Origin: Octopus bimaculoides
Lineage: Eukaryota
Direction: 5' to 3'
Length of the DNA: 64,000 nucleotides
Assembly: GCF_001194135.2 (NCBI RefSeq)
Contig: NC_068988.1
Span: 42,191,261-42,255,260 of the forward strand
The notes beneath the pieces are model-generated. The model was given only the letters and a program-made list of their open reading frames with translations, made no database searches and was not told the DNA's origin. Within the stretch, counting starts at the first letter, position 1. Each line of letters starts with the position of its first letter. The position numbers and the translations under genes are program-made. Of the stretch, positions 12,210 to 26,526 are shown one piece after another.

Positions 12210-15200
12210 GACTGGCTTATTTCAGTTTCCATCTACCAAATCCACTCACAAGGCTTTGGTCGGCCTGAGGCTATAGTAGAAGACACTGGCCAAAGATGCC
12301 ATGCAGCGGGACTGAATCTGGAACCATGTGTTTGGAAGCAAGCTTCTTACCACTCGGCTCATCACATGTGCATTGAATTATATAACAACAGATTTGCATA
12401 AAAGTATGGAAATGCTACAGTTTTCCCCAAAATAGAATGAAGAAAACTGGCCTGCCTTCTCTAAATCCAATTGCTTTGGTACATCATTATCATCATCCTC
12501 GATTGCCCATTTTCCATGCTGGCATGGGCTAGACGATTTCACCAGAGATGGCAACCCAGAGAGCTGCACCAGATTTCATTCTGATTTGGCCTGGTCTCTT
12601 TGGCTGGATGCCCTTCCTAACCTCAACCACTTCACAGTGTGTACTGGGTGCTTTAATGTGGCACGATTGCTTTTTATGTGGCATTGACATTGTAAATTAC
12701 GAAGCACTCCAGCCCTATTTTGAGTTTCCTGAAATGAGCATATACATACAGATACATGTACAATAATCAAACATACACACACAGGTACTGAAGAGACACA
12801 TACACCCATTATTTGAATGCTTATACATCCACACTTGTATGATGGTCTCAAGAGTACAAGAAAGACAATTCTGCAATTTCTTGTCTAGACATCCTGCACC
12901 GATGATTTGTTTATAATGATCAAATGTTCATACTGCACATTAGCTCACTTCCTCCATCGAATCAACATTATCTGCACAGGTGCAGAGTGAGTCATACAAC
13001 AAGCGTTGAAGTGATTGTAGAGCAATGAGTGATGAAGTGTTTTGTTCAAGAACACAATACACTGCCCAGTCCAGGAATCAAACCTACGATCTCATGATCC
13101 TAAGTTCAACGCCCTAACAACTAAGCCATGTGCTTCGACACAGCCATGCATGCTCACATATATTCACAAATCCCTGGAATTGTCTTGAGTCAAAACCAAA
13201 ATGCTTTGCCATTTATCTCAGAATGATACTTATATTTACATACATATTAACTAGTATTTAGTTGTTGCTGTTTATGCTCCAAATTCAGCCTGATGGAAGA
13301 CATTCCAGACATGAGCTCCTCCTTTTTTTTTATACATTGTATGTAGGACTACATTATTTAGTGCACCTTTTTTTACGTTTTAGATATTAGTGTGTGATTT
13401 CAGAGTGATTTACTTGCTATTCCCACCATCTCAAGAGTCCACTTAGCTAACCTTTAGTACATAAAGAAAGCTAAATTTAAAAATCTACTGCCTTGTCAAA
13501 TTTAGACTGTCACTTCTTCAACAAACATAATAGAGCTGATTCAGCTTTGTTTTAATGTACACTAGCAGTATAACCCGGCGCTGCTCGGGATTAAGCTAGG
13601 ATTATTAAATGATTAAGTCCTTTATTTCAAACCAAAATAAATAACATCGACATCAGATTTGAGCGAAATCCGTTGAAATTAGTTTGGCTGAAAATGGTTT
13701 GCTGGCAATTTGATTGGGAAATCCCATAAGGAATCAGTTTATTGGTTATTTTCACTTATTGACTCTTTTTTTTAAATGTTGCATTAGAGATCTGCATAGG
13801 AGAAGGTTGATCTGAAGGTTTGCATTGGGGATCTGGATTGGAGTAACTTAGGAAAGCTTACCAACAACCTTAACCAAAAAATAAGGAGCCTGTNNNNNNN
13901 NNNNNNNNNNNNNNNNNNNNNNNNNNNNNNNNNNNNNNNNNNNNNNNNNNNNNNNNNNNNNNNNNNNNNNNNNNNNNNNNNNNNNNNNNNNNNNNNNNNN
14001 NNNNNNNNNNNNNNNNNNNNNNNNNNNNNNNNNNNNNNNNNNNNNNNNNNNNNNNNNNNNNNNNNNNNNNNNNNNNNNNNNNNNNNNNNNNNNNNNNNNN
14101 NNNNNNNNNNNNNNNNNNNNNNNNNNNNNNNNNNNNNNNNNNNNNNNNNNNNNNNNNNNNNNNNNNNNNNNNNNNNNNNNNNNNNNNNNNNNNNNNNNNN
14201 NNNNNNNNNNNNNNNNNNNNNNNNNNNNNNNNNNNNNNNNNNNNNNNNNNNNNNNNNNNNNNNNNNNNNNNNNNNNNNNNGCGTACGCACAGATTTGACT
14301 TCGCCATGTCAACAAACTTCAAAATTGGTAAAAGTTTATCGATTTTTACAGCTATACGCGGGTGCCTCTGTGAGAAAAAGTTGACAAAAACACAGATAGG
14401 GTCATGAACAATGTCCTCCTAAAATTGGAGCGACATGCGTGCTAATTTGTGGACGTGCATAACCCACATCACGTACACACACACACAAACATCTTGTGTT
14501 TTATAGATATTGATGAAAGCAGTTAAAATAAACATTACATTTATTTCTCACTGTGGAAATAACAAAAGACATTTGTTAAAAATAGAGCATTTGCAACAAA
14601 AAATATAGTGTGATTTGAGCTTTGTGTTACATTGAAATATGAGATTATGTAGAATCCATGTAATTCAATGAGACTACAATTACTAGTTTTCACTAGATCA
14701 GTCCTGACCATCTAGGCCTGTGGTTCTCAACCAGAGTCCATATGACCCCTGGCGGGGGTCCATATAAGATTTTGTGGGTCCAAGCAAGTAAACTAGCAAA
14801 TTGGTGATCCACGGCAGTATTTCAAGGGTTCATGGAAAAAATTTTAAGGTTAGATGTATTAATTGCAAGAAACAACTAGGTTTCTTTCTCTAACACTTAA
14901 CATACTTCAACATGTTTCTGGCCACTTAAACATGTTCTCTCAGAGAGTTCTATACCAAACCTTCACGAGTGAATGAGTGAAAAACAAAAAATGAAGTATT
15001 TAAAAAGCTAGTTTTTAAGCATCGAATGGTAACAGCCAGGGGCCACCAACATAAAATACTAAAGAAAGGGATCTAGAGGTAAAAAATGGTTGAGAACCAC
15101 AGATCTAGACAGACCTATATGATGAAAGATTTTCCAACTATCACTTCCTTTTTTTGCCCTCTCACATATTTTTCTCTTCTTTTTATTTTTCTTATGGCAC

Positions 15201-15860
15201 ATTCAGAGCTACATTATCCAATGATCCCTTCCTTTTTTTTAAAGATGGTGGAACATGATTTCACTGAGATTTTACTATTTATAGAGGGCCAGGTGATCAC
15301 TTAGAAGCTAGCTCCCTCACAAAACAAACAACAACAAAAAAAACAAACATGATGTACAAGTGAGAGCTAACATAATGCAGAAGGAAAAAAGTATAGCCCC
15401 CTTCTCTTCATTTTAAAGTGAATTTGAGTGAGTGAAGTCTTATTTACCTCACAGAATTATAAGTATGTTAGTTTTCACTCAAGAATCTCACTTCAGTCAT
15501 ATGTAAATGATCAGTTTACAGATTAGATGTGATATAAAAATATGCGATGTAAACAAATATTATTAACAGGTAATGTTATCAAACATTATTGTTATCAAAA
15601 TTAGTGTTTCCCAAACATGTCATATTTGTGTGGTAATATCAGCTTTTTATCTAAAAAGTTCTGCCCAAAAGTAATCACAGTAAAAGCCCTCATATATATA
15701 TATATTGGCGTTAGGAAGAGCATCCAGCTGTAGAAACTCTGCCAAATTAGATTGGAGCCTGGTGTTACCATCCGGTTTCACCAGTCCTCAGTCAAATCGT
15801 CCAACCCATGCTAGCATGGAAAGCGGACGTTAAACGATGATGATGATGATGATGATGATG

Positions 15861-15891
<31 letters not shown>

Positions 15892-18072
15892 AATCTTCAG
15901 CACAAGCAACAGTGATTTAAAGGCCGAGAGTTTTGTGCATAGGTCAAAGAGCCATGGGTTTATATAGCTGGTTGAAAATTATATTTCTCTGGAATGTTCT
16001 TGAATGAAATTTAAAAACAAATATGTGGACAATTTATGTTGTTCAAATTCTCATAACTATGTGTGTGTGTGTGTATGATGGAACACACCTTTGTGTGTGG
16101 CAGGTAAGCAGGTATGATAAACACTAAGAATGTACAGGAAATATGTTCAAAGAGTAGGAGACAGCTTCCATTACCTAGGCAACTAAGTTAGCAGGGAGGA
16201 GGATACTCTGAAAGCATAGTTGCAAGACTAAGAACAGGCTGGGCAAAGGTCAGGGAGCTACTTTCTTTGTTGATAAGAAAGGGCCTCTCTTTCAGAGGGA
16301 AAGGCAGATTGTACGATGCTTGTGTCTTGATAGCCATGCCACATGGCAGTGAAACATGGGCTGTGACTGCAGGGTACATGCAAAGGCTTGAAAGAAATGA
16401 AGTCAGCATGTTTCAGTAGATGTGCAGTGTCTGTGTGCATATATGACAGAGTGAAAATGTTCTAAGAGAAACATTGGGTATAACAGGTGTCAACTGTGGT
16501 GTGCAAGAAAGAAGACAACTGGTATGGTAGCACTTATACTAGCCCTCACTTTTCCCTGTCGGTAAGTTCCAGTGCATCTCCAACATCTATTTCTCTCTCT
16601 CTCTAACTCTATCTTTCTCTCTAACTCTGTCTCTTCTTCCTTTCCTCTCTTTTTCTGCTGGGGTTGCCAAGTAAGACATCTGTCTCTAGCCATCTATTAT
16701 ACTCTAACCTCTCACCTAGCACAAAGCCACCTCCCTCAGTTCCAGTCCATCACCTAGCTGAGAGGTTTTTGTTTCACAAGTTGCTTGGCAACATCACTGG
16801 TGTTGGTGCCACATAAAAAGCATCTAATGCATTCTGTAAAGAGATTGGCATTAAGAAGTGCATCCAGCTGTAGAAGCCTTGCCAAAGCAGACAATAAAGT
16901 CTGATGCAGCTCTCTGGCTTGCCAGCTCCTGTCAAGCCATGGAATCCATGCCAACATGGAAGACAAATGTTAAATGGTGGTGATGATGGTGACAATACAC
17001 ACACACACACACACATATACACAGGATGTCCCAAAATTAAGGCTACTAACTTTTTACAATTTTGCCAAAGCAAAATATTGTTGTATTTTGGGTCCGAGCA
17101 GTGCAGTGCAATGTTAAAGGAAACACACTTATGACACTACCACATGTATTTGATATGACCACCCCTGTTTCGAATCACAGCCTAGGTCCAAATGCTTCAC
17201 GTGCAGCACACAGCTGTTCTTGTGGAATTGAAGCCCCTTCCTTGCACAGTTTTACCTTCAGAGTATCAAGCAAAGCATGAGGAGCGAGCAAGACCCTCAT
17301 CTTCAAAATGAACCAAACAGAAAAACCCAACAGGTTGAGGTTGTGGCTTCTTGATAGCCATACATCCTTGTCTATCAATGACAGAATATTTTTCTGAATC
17401 CAGTGTTGTGTCTGTTTGAAGCTGTGAGATGGTTTACTGTCTGTTTGATGTCAAATTTCTTTCCATCAGTAAACACTAAGCTGGGCAGCATGCCTTGAGC
17501 AATCTGACACAGAGTAAGACAACTTCTCCCCTGTCTCATGGCCTTATAAACTTGTGTGAGCTCATGACAGTGGATCATTTTGTAAGGGTGGGTCCTGAGA
17601 CCCTCCTTCAGCACTCGATACATTGATGTTCAGTTTATTTTTGCTGTAGCAGCCAGTTTTCTGATGGAACAATGAGGTTTTGCCATATCTTTTCTCTGGT
17701 ATTTTGATAATCTGAAGGGTCCACACACTTTTTCAACGATCTTCATGTTGATTAGTAGTAGAACCAGTCTCTTGAAATTTCTTGATAATCTTCCAGACTG
17801 TTGTTCAGTTGATTTTAAGACTTTTTGCTATAGCTGTATTATTTTCACCTCCTTTGTGGAGGGTTATGATCGTATTTCAGTCTATAGCCATTATCTAATT
17901 TATAAATCTGAATTTATTTAGTATGAAACAAAAAGAAGACTCACTAAGCTTTTACAATGATGTATAATTTTCATATCTTATCATATTTATTGATAGTTAT
18001 TAAAGCCCGAAACTTCGGTTACCTTAATTTCGGGACACCTTGTGTATGTATGTATGTATGTATGTATGTATG

Positions 18073-18113
<41 letters not shown>

Positions 18114-21100
18114 NNNNNNNNNNNNNNNNNNNNNNNNNNNNNNNNNNNNNNNNNNNNNNNNNNNNNNNNNNNNNNNNNNNNNNNNNNNNNNNNNNNNNNN
18201 NNNNNNNNNNNNNNNNNNNNNNNNNNNNNNNNNNNNNNNNNNNNNNNNNNNNNNNNNNNNNNNNNNNNNNNNNNNNNNNNNNNNNNNNNNNNNNNNNNNN
18301 NNNNNNNNNNNNNNNNNNNNNNNNNNNNNNNNNNNNNNNNNNNNNNNNNNNNNNNNNNNNNNNNNNNNNNNNNNNNNNNNNNNNNNNNNNNNNNNNNNNN
18401 NNNNNNNNNNNNNNNNNNNNNNNNNNNNNNNNNNNNNNNNNNNNNNNNNNNNNNNNNNNATATATATATATATATATATAATTGGCAGTATTTACAAATT
18501 AACTCAAAGGGATGAGAGTTTCATTAATAAGTTTCATGTGCAAAACCCTTGAGTCACAAACACACATGCACACACACAGGCACATACACATACACACACA
18601 CATGTATATGACAAACTTCTTTCAGTTTCTGTCTATCAAATCCACCCACAAGGCTTTTGTCAACCGAGACTACAGTAGAAGACACTTGCCCAACATGCTA
18701 TGCTGCGGGACTGCACCCAAAACCACATGCCTGGGAAGCAAGTTTCTTAACCGCACAGCTGCACCTGCATCTATTCTTAACCATGCAACTACACCTGTAC
18801 CTATTCTTAATCACACAGCCACACTTGTGCTATTCTTAGCCTTACAGCCATGCCTGCACTAATACATATATATGTATATGTATATATATATATACATAGG
18901 CACAGGAGTGGCTGTGTGGTAAGTAACTTGCTTACCAACCACATGGTTCTGGGTTCAGTCCCACTGCATGGCATCTTGGGCAAGTGACTTCTACTATAGC
19001 CTTGGGCCAACCAAAGCCTTGTGAGTGGATTTGGTAGACGGAAACTGAAAGAAGCCCGTCTTATATATGTATATATATATGTGTGTGTGTATGTATGTGT
19101 GTCTGTGTTTGTCTCCCTAGCATTGCTTGACAACCGATGCTGGTGTGTTTATGTCCCCATCACTTAGCGGTTCGCCAAAAGAGACCGATAGAATAAGTAC
19201 TAGGCTTACAAAAAATAAGTCCCGGGGTCAATTTGCTCGACTAAAGGCAGTGCTCCAGCATGGCCGCAGTCAAATGACTGAAACAAGTAAAAGAGAGTAA
19301 AGAGTAGCTGAATTACCCAGTAATACCCAGAAAAGCGTGGTTTATTTCCAGTTCCCATTCCCATTACATCGTTTCATGTCCTATTCTATTCCCTGTTCAG
19401 TTCCCATTTCAGTTCCACTCCCATTCTTATCCGCAATCCTATATCAATATATAAATTTTAGAATCAAGCCATTAAATATTTCATTAACCTTTATAGTTAT
19501 AGTTTATTGCTAAAAATAGGTATTACAAACTATTAATATGATTAGTGGGTTAATAAGGAATGTTCCTATATTATTTTAACAAATGAATATGCATCTGAGT
19601 AAAATAAATGAGTTGACGCAGGAAAGCAGGGGTTATTCCCAATTCTCGTTTACCATTACAGTTCCATGTCCTATGATGTTTCCTGGTCAGTTCCTGTCTT
19701 TATTCCCAACCCATCGTTTAGAGTAATAGTTTATTACTAAAAATAGGTATTACAAACTATTAATTCAATTAGTGAGTCAGTAAGGAATGTCCCTGTATAA
19801 TTTCTAACGAATATGCATATGAGTAAAATGAAGTAGATAAATAGATAGATTTACAAATATATTGACAAATAGACTGTGTATTGAGACTGTTCAAAATAGG
19901 TTGACTCCAAAAATCTAAGGGCATTGAATTTTTGGAAGAAAGCAAATGTGAGCGAGAGGGAGCAAGAAAAAGAAAAGAGGAAAGAAGGAAGAAAGTTGTA
20001 CAGAATTTAGATACATACTTATGTATATCTACATGTGTGTATATATGTATGTATGTATCTATATATATCATATATATAAATGGCAATTTCTGTCTGTTAC
20101 CGTCTTGCTGCCTATTCCAGCAAACTAATCTTCATGAAACTTTGCATACATATTAAACTAATATCTAGTTCGATTATAGCCTGATTGGATTTCAATAAAA
20201 TTCAATAATGGACCCCCTATGGGGGTTGGGCTATTATGTGATAAAATGAGAAGGGTGCAAAGAGTGTTGGGTTGAGGGAAATGTGATAGCATAATGAGGG
20301 TGGCTGATATCAGTGAAGGGGAGGAGCGAGGAAGAGACAGAAAGATAGGGAATGTGAGAGACAGAGAGAGAGAAAGAGAACGAGAGACGAACAAACCAGG
20401 AGAGAGAGCATATGTTTACTGAAGGGAACGGCGAATTTTAATACTCTGTTCTTTAATTTTTACCTATCAATTAATGTATGTGCTTTTGTGAATTAACTAT
20501 CATATGCTCAGTCAAAACTTTTACAATATGTCCAACAACAGATGTAAAACAAATAAGTGAGAGATAAAGTGTTATATATTTGTTTTCAAATAACTGTATT
20601 AAGTTCTATTAAAACTTTACCAATGTACTGAAACAATAAAACTATAGATACTGTCTTTCATTTTGTTCCCAAGCTAAAACTGTTTCATTCTTAACATAAA
20701 TTGAAAAATAACATACAACTCAAACTAGAAGATGTAAGAATATAAAAACATTCAGAGGAGTTGTTTCTTTACATTACACCTTCAGTACTACTTATATAGA
20801 AATTCAAATTACGACAAACATAAACAAACAAGCGAAGCTTGCTTTTAGAAGCGTTGAGATGTCTTTTTTATAGAAAGTTAAAGAAGTGATGTTTAAATTC
20901 TCAATCGCAGAATAATGCTAATAATATAGCCTGAACAGGATAAACTATCCCTATTTTTGCAGAGAAAAGTGTAGGTGGCCAGCTGTGGACTCGAACTCAC
21001 ATCCCCGTCATTACATGTGACGATGCTTTTGCCGATTAAGCTAAACATATAGAATTTTACATCATGTCATGGTTCAGAAAAATATTTTATTCCATCTTAG

Positions 21101-23877
21101 AATTTTCAACACGTGTAGATGTCTATCTCTCTACTTTTGTAGGGTCTTCCCTGATGCTGTCACATTGTGAAATTTTAAAAAAACATCAAAATTTTCAAAT
21201 TTGGTATATTGAAATAATTTTCCATGTGAAATCCAATTTTGTAATTTATTTGTTCCGGAAAAATTACTGTAAAATGTTACTGGGGTTTGAAGTTTAATCA
21301 GTTTTGCCTAAACAGAAAACAGGATTTGGAAGCTGGCATTTTCTGCATGATAGCTGTTTATCACAAAATGAAAGCAAAATCATTAGGTGGAGGAATTTTT
21401 ATTAAACAAATGGAAGCAAAGCATTACGACAACCATAATGGATATATAATGCTTTACACTTCGATTAATATACCCACTCTACTGACAGGCATACAAGTGC
21501 ATTTTTTCCTGACTTAGGGATTCTTAAACAGCTACACACACACACACGTATACATTTCATTCCTAAGGCTTTGACAAATCTACAATTGTACCAAATTGTC
21601 TTTTATCTGGATGGAATCCAGATCCATGTGATTGCAAAATGAACTTCTTAACCATAATGCCATAAATGATATTTTTCTGTACCATAACTTACATTTTTTT
21701 TTTTATTGAAATGTTTAAACTTATATATAATGATTTTTTGTTTCAGATGGTGAAGAATATTCTGGAAGAATTTTCAGTGAAAAATGATATATGGACAGAC
21801 TCTGATTCCTATAAGCAAGTTAATATCTATTTAATATCATAATATTAACAATGTTTTACAAATAACAATTGTAAGAATGTTCTGAATTTCCAGCATTTCT
21901 ATCTACATTGAAATGCCTTCTACACATTATATACCTATAAATGTGTGTGTGTGGGGGGGGGTGTTTTCACCTGAAAATCAATATTGCTTTTGTTGTGTCT
22001 TTTTAATGTCCTGTAATTTAGCAGTTTGACAAAGGATAAAAAAAATGTTCAAGTTTGTAAGTTCAGAGGTTGATACAATCAACAAAACTCTTCTTGGCAG
22101 TGCTGCAGCATGGCTACAATCCAATGACTTAAGGCATTTAAATAATCAGTGAACATTTGGACACATGCACAAAGACCAAATCTTCCAAATTTCTAGTCTT
22201 CCCATTCTATAAAAGTGCAGACAATACTCTAAACCAAACAAGAATTAATAAGGAAAGTTCATTTATTAGAAATAAAAGAAATACAAGCCACTGCTGAATG
22301 GGCTATGAAAAACATCAGTAATACACAATTCCCTTTTTCCTATGAACCCATTATTGTAGAATGTATACTTGGGATTGTTCTTGAGAAAACCAAAATTCAT
22401 GTACCAGCTATCATCTATCATATTTACTCTAGACTTTGTTATCTTACCTACCCTACAAAGAAGGGATATATTTTAACATATTCAATGGGAAGAAAGTAAC
22501 CCTTATTGATGACATTATTCTTTGACAAAATAATAAACACTAATTATCTAATACACTTTTATGTAAACAATTATGATATCCATTAAAAAATCTCTGTTCA
22601 AGACAGAAGCAGTATACAAACCAAAAAGTATTGCTTATGTCCACTTTAATGTATAATCAACTGTTTTCCCTACAAATTTGTGGCTAGTACTTCTCTTAGA
22701 AACCACTTCCATATAGATATATGGATTGCTTCTTCACCTAACACAAGATCCAAATCTCAGCATATTACTGATACTTACTCCATCAATCTTAAGAAGAGGA
22801 TCTGGGATTGACCAAATGTTTTCATTTATTCATTTTATTCCATATTGAGTATGTCGTATCACTTATTCATCTCACTGTTTACTAATTTTCACATGAAATA
22901 TTCAACATATTCAGTAGAGAAAAGCTTTTATGTGGCCTTCTCACATGACTGTCACATAAGCATAATACAGGAATGTTGATAAATCAATTCGTATGTTAAT
23001 GGATAGCATTCTAAGTCACATTCCTACTTTATAAACAAACTATTTTTATAGCAATGATCAGAGTTGATATAATTTGTGACACAACTCCATGCGGTAAACA
23101 TTTTTGAAAACCTAATGTGAAACCAGTCAATTGTATTCCTATATTTTAAAATATAATTAAATTCTAATCAGTTCTAATATATTCTCTGTTCATTTTCAAT
23201 TTCATTTCTTCTATTCCTCCACTTGTTTGGATTAATAACAATTAGTATATATATATAATTTCATTAGGGTATTTAACCCTGGTGTTTACAGTATTAAGCT
23301 CATCCACAGATACAGGCTATCAGTCAATACTGTAAACTAAAGGTTGTTTGTACTACTAAACAAATATCTGAAAATCCACAAATATCCATAGAGCTTTAAT
23401 AAGAACAAATATATGGAATGAGCAGATCTATTTACTAATTCAATTTGCAATTGTTTCATCTTAGTTTAGTGTCATCAATCTTGAAACATTATGTAATAAT
23501 TTGTACAACAATTGATTACTTTCTTTGTGTTTTTCAAGGTAACCTAAATAACAGATGCTGAATAAGATTCTTCAGGATTGCCTACAAAATATATACTGAG
23601 CAACCTCAAAAAACATCAAATATATACATAACAAGTTGGATATGTCTATATGAACACATTTACATTACATAAAAAAACAAGTGCTAAGAATTGAACTGGT
23701 CAAATAAATGTTATTTTATTTAGGCTGGATAATTAATTGTATTGTTAGTTGTTTGCACTGTGTCAGTTGGTTGCATTGAACAAAGGTGAAACAATTTGTA
23801 AACTGAAGTAGTGAAATGATTTTTTCACACCATTCTTTATTTGTCATTATATACACACTCACCCCCACACATGCACA

Positions 23878-23917
<40 letters not shown>

Positions 23918-26490
23918 ATCTCTATCTATCTATCTATTTATCTATCTCTAGCAGATTTATAAAAAAATGCATTCCTGCAATGACCATGCTGTCTTTCTTC
24001 ATTCAAACATAATGCATGTTAAACAACATTGTTTAATCTATACTTCTTTTCTTAAGAAGGCAGAGTGCAAATTTATAGAAATTCAACTGCTACTTCTAGC
24101 CAATCCAGCAACCACATAGGATTTCCCTTGTTGTCTCATATATATACACATATATGAATAACGATTGCGTGTGTGTGTGTATGAAGGTGAAACTAAATCA
24201 TTTATTTGTTCTCTAATTGCAACCCAGATTACATTTATTGACTGTGGTGTTCCTGCCAGAATTGAAGACATATTGAAGAGACTAATGGCTATTGGAATTG
24301 GTCAAAAACTCAAAGGTTCTTCTATCAGGTCAGTACAACTTAAGCACTTCATTGACCTTTCTGAAATTTCGTTAAGTTTGTCATCCAAAGCAATCCTAAG
24401 TTTTGACTAACATGGATCAGATAGAAATATTTAGTTTATCCAGCCAGTCACTCCCCCCGCCTGACGTAAACTGAAAATTGTGTTAGAACCTGGTTAGACA
24501 TGTTCTTAATTCATGTACCACATAGTTGGCTATATGATCTCCCTAGTTCCCTGATATCCAAACTGACATCAGTACATGAGCTGTTCTGGGTATTGGTTGA
24601 TATATAAGCAGTCTTGGCTGAGAGTGTGTGCAGGGTTCTAAGTATTTTGAAGCTGATAAGAAATGAGCAACTTATTTGGGTGTTCTCTTTTAGGGTTTGA
24701 ACCTTCAAACTCCCAAATTATTTTAGTGCAAGTTTAGAAAAATTTTCTGATATAAATTAATATTTCTGTGTGCAAAAGTGTTAAAATTCTTCCTATATGT
24801 ATCATCATCATCATTTAACATCTGCTTTCCATGCTAGCATGGGTTGGACGATTTGACTGAGGACTGGTGAACCAGATGGCTACACCAGGCTCCAATCTGA
24901 TTTAGCAGATTTTCTACAACTGGATGCCCTTCCTAACGCCAACTACTCCAAAAGTGTAGTGGGTGCTTTTACGTGCCACCGGCATGAAGGCCAGTCAGGA
25001 GGTACTGGCAATGGCCACGCTCGAAATGGTGTATTTTACATGCCACCTGCACAGGAGCCAGTCCAGCGGTACTGGCAACGAACTCGCTCTTCAAAATTCT
25101 ACATTTATTTTTCTTTACATTTTTCTATTTTATCCTCTATATTTTACTAGTATTTTTTCTCTACAAATATTTTGTACTGCTTTTCTTTCATTTTCAATGT
25201 TTTTTTCTCTCTACATTTTTGTTAAATATTTTTTCTCTACATCCTACCAAGTGTTTTTCCAGCATCAATGCATGTTGAAACTTTTGACCAAAAAAATTCT
25301 GAAGAAAAAAGTAACAAGTATGTAGATTTTATCATATTATCACTGATTTTCTTATTCTCCATTTTCTTTCATTCCTTTTGTTTTTTTTGTTTTTTTTTTT
25401 CATTGTTATTATTGTCTTACCTTTTGTTTTATTTTTATTTTCTCACCTTTTCTTATTTCATTTAAGTTAGTTGTCTGGAAACCAAAACATGCATGGCTAG
25501 GAAGAGGAACAGGAGAAAGTTGTCCTTTTGGCTCTTTTTTTTTTTTAATTGCTTTGTTCAGGAAGAAGACNNNNNNNNNNNNNNNNNNNNNNNNNNNNNN
25601 NNNNNNNNNNNNNNNNNNNNNNNNNNNNNNNNNNNNNNNNNNNNNNNNNNNNNNNNNNNNNNNNNNNNNNNNNNNNNNNNNNNNNNNNNNNNNNNNNACT
25701 AGTAGTTGCAGTGTATTAGTGAGGGATTTTTTAGACAATTATCTGAATGAACTTCTTTTGGATGTTGTCAGGGATGTTAGCGTGTGTAGCAGCAGCACCA
25801 TTCCATATATGTGATAACAAGTCTAATGTAATCAACTATATTCCTTATCTGAATCCGAGTAATCATTAATGTGTTTGAAGTAGTCAAAAAGGTCTCACTT
25901 ACAGACTACTGAATATGCATCACCATTATCATCATCATTGTCATCATGGCAGCAAGCAGGCTGAATCGTTAGCATGCCAGGTGAAATGCTTAGTGGTATT
26001 TCACCTGTCTTTATATTCTGAGTTCAAATTCCACCGAAATCGACTTTGCATTTCATCCTTTTGGAGTCGATAAATTAAGTATCAGTTGTGTACTGGGGTC
26101 CATCTAATTGACTGGCCCCTCCCCCAAAATTTCAGGCCTATAGTAGAAAGGATTATTATTATTGAGTGAGGAAGCAGTGCATACCATCAAAGTGACACAG
26201 AGGTATAAATATACAAAGCCCAATATACCCATCATGGCTACCCATCTGATAAGGGTATACCAGGCACATTCCTCACAAACATATGTGCATGACATAGTGA
26301 TCTCATATCAAGATAAACAGCACATGACCTTGCAGGTAGGGCCCAGTTAGAATTTTCTTCGGGTCAAATACCCCATCCAGCTCAAAAGGTTGTTGAACAA
26401 AATTCTCATATTTTCAAAGGTAAATTATTCAAACTCCTAAGAATCCCTCTCAACACATGGCTATGATGTACCCCCAACAACTTCTGCTAC

Positions 26491-26526
<36 letters not shown>

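Noticed and set aside
17957-18552. Long ORFs containing X runs or YI/CV/H/I homopolymers (also 13784-14322, 36127-36726, 46213-46753, 53964-54240, 60021-60476)
   Set aside because: Artefacts of N-gaps and microsatellites.
22240-23100. Possible L1/Tx1-type endonuclease remnant (IDIW..., SGIDQMF)
   Set aside because: Too degenerate to support a call by eye.
21816-24239. KQITF as a PP1 RVxF docking motif (formed across the exon 2/3 junction)
   Set aside because: It falls in a predicted folded beta strand conserved for structural reasons.
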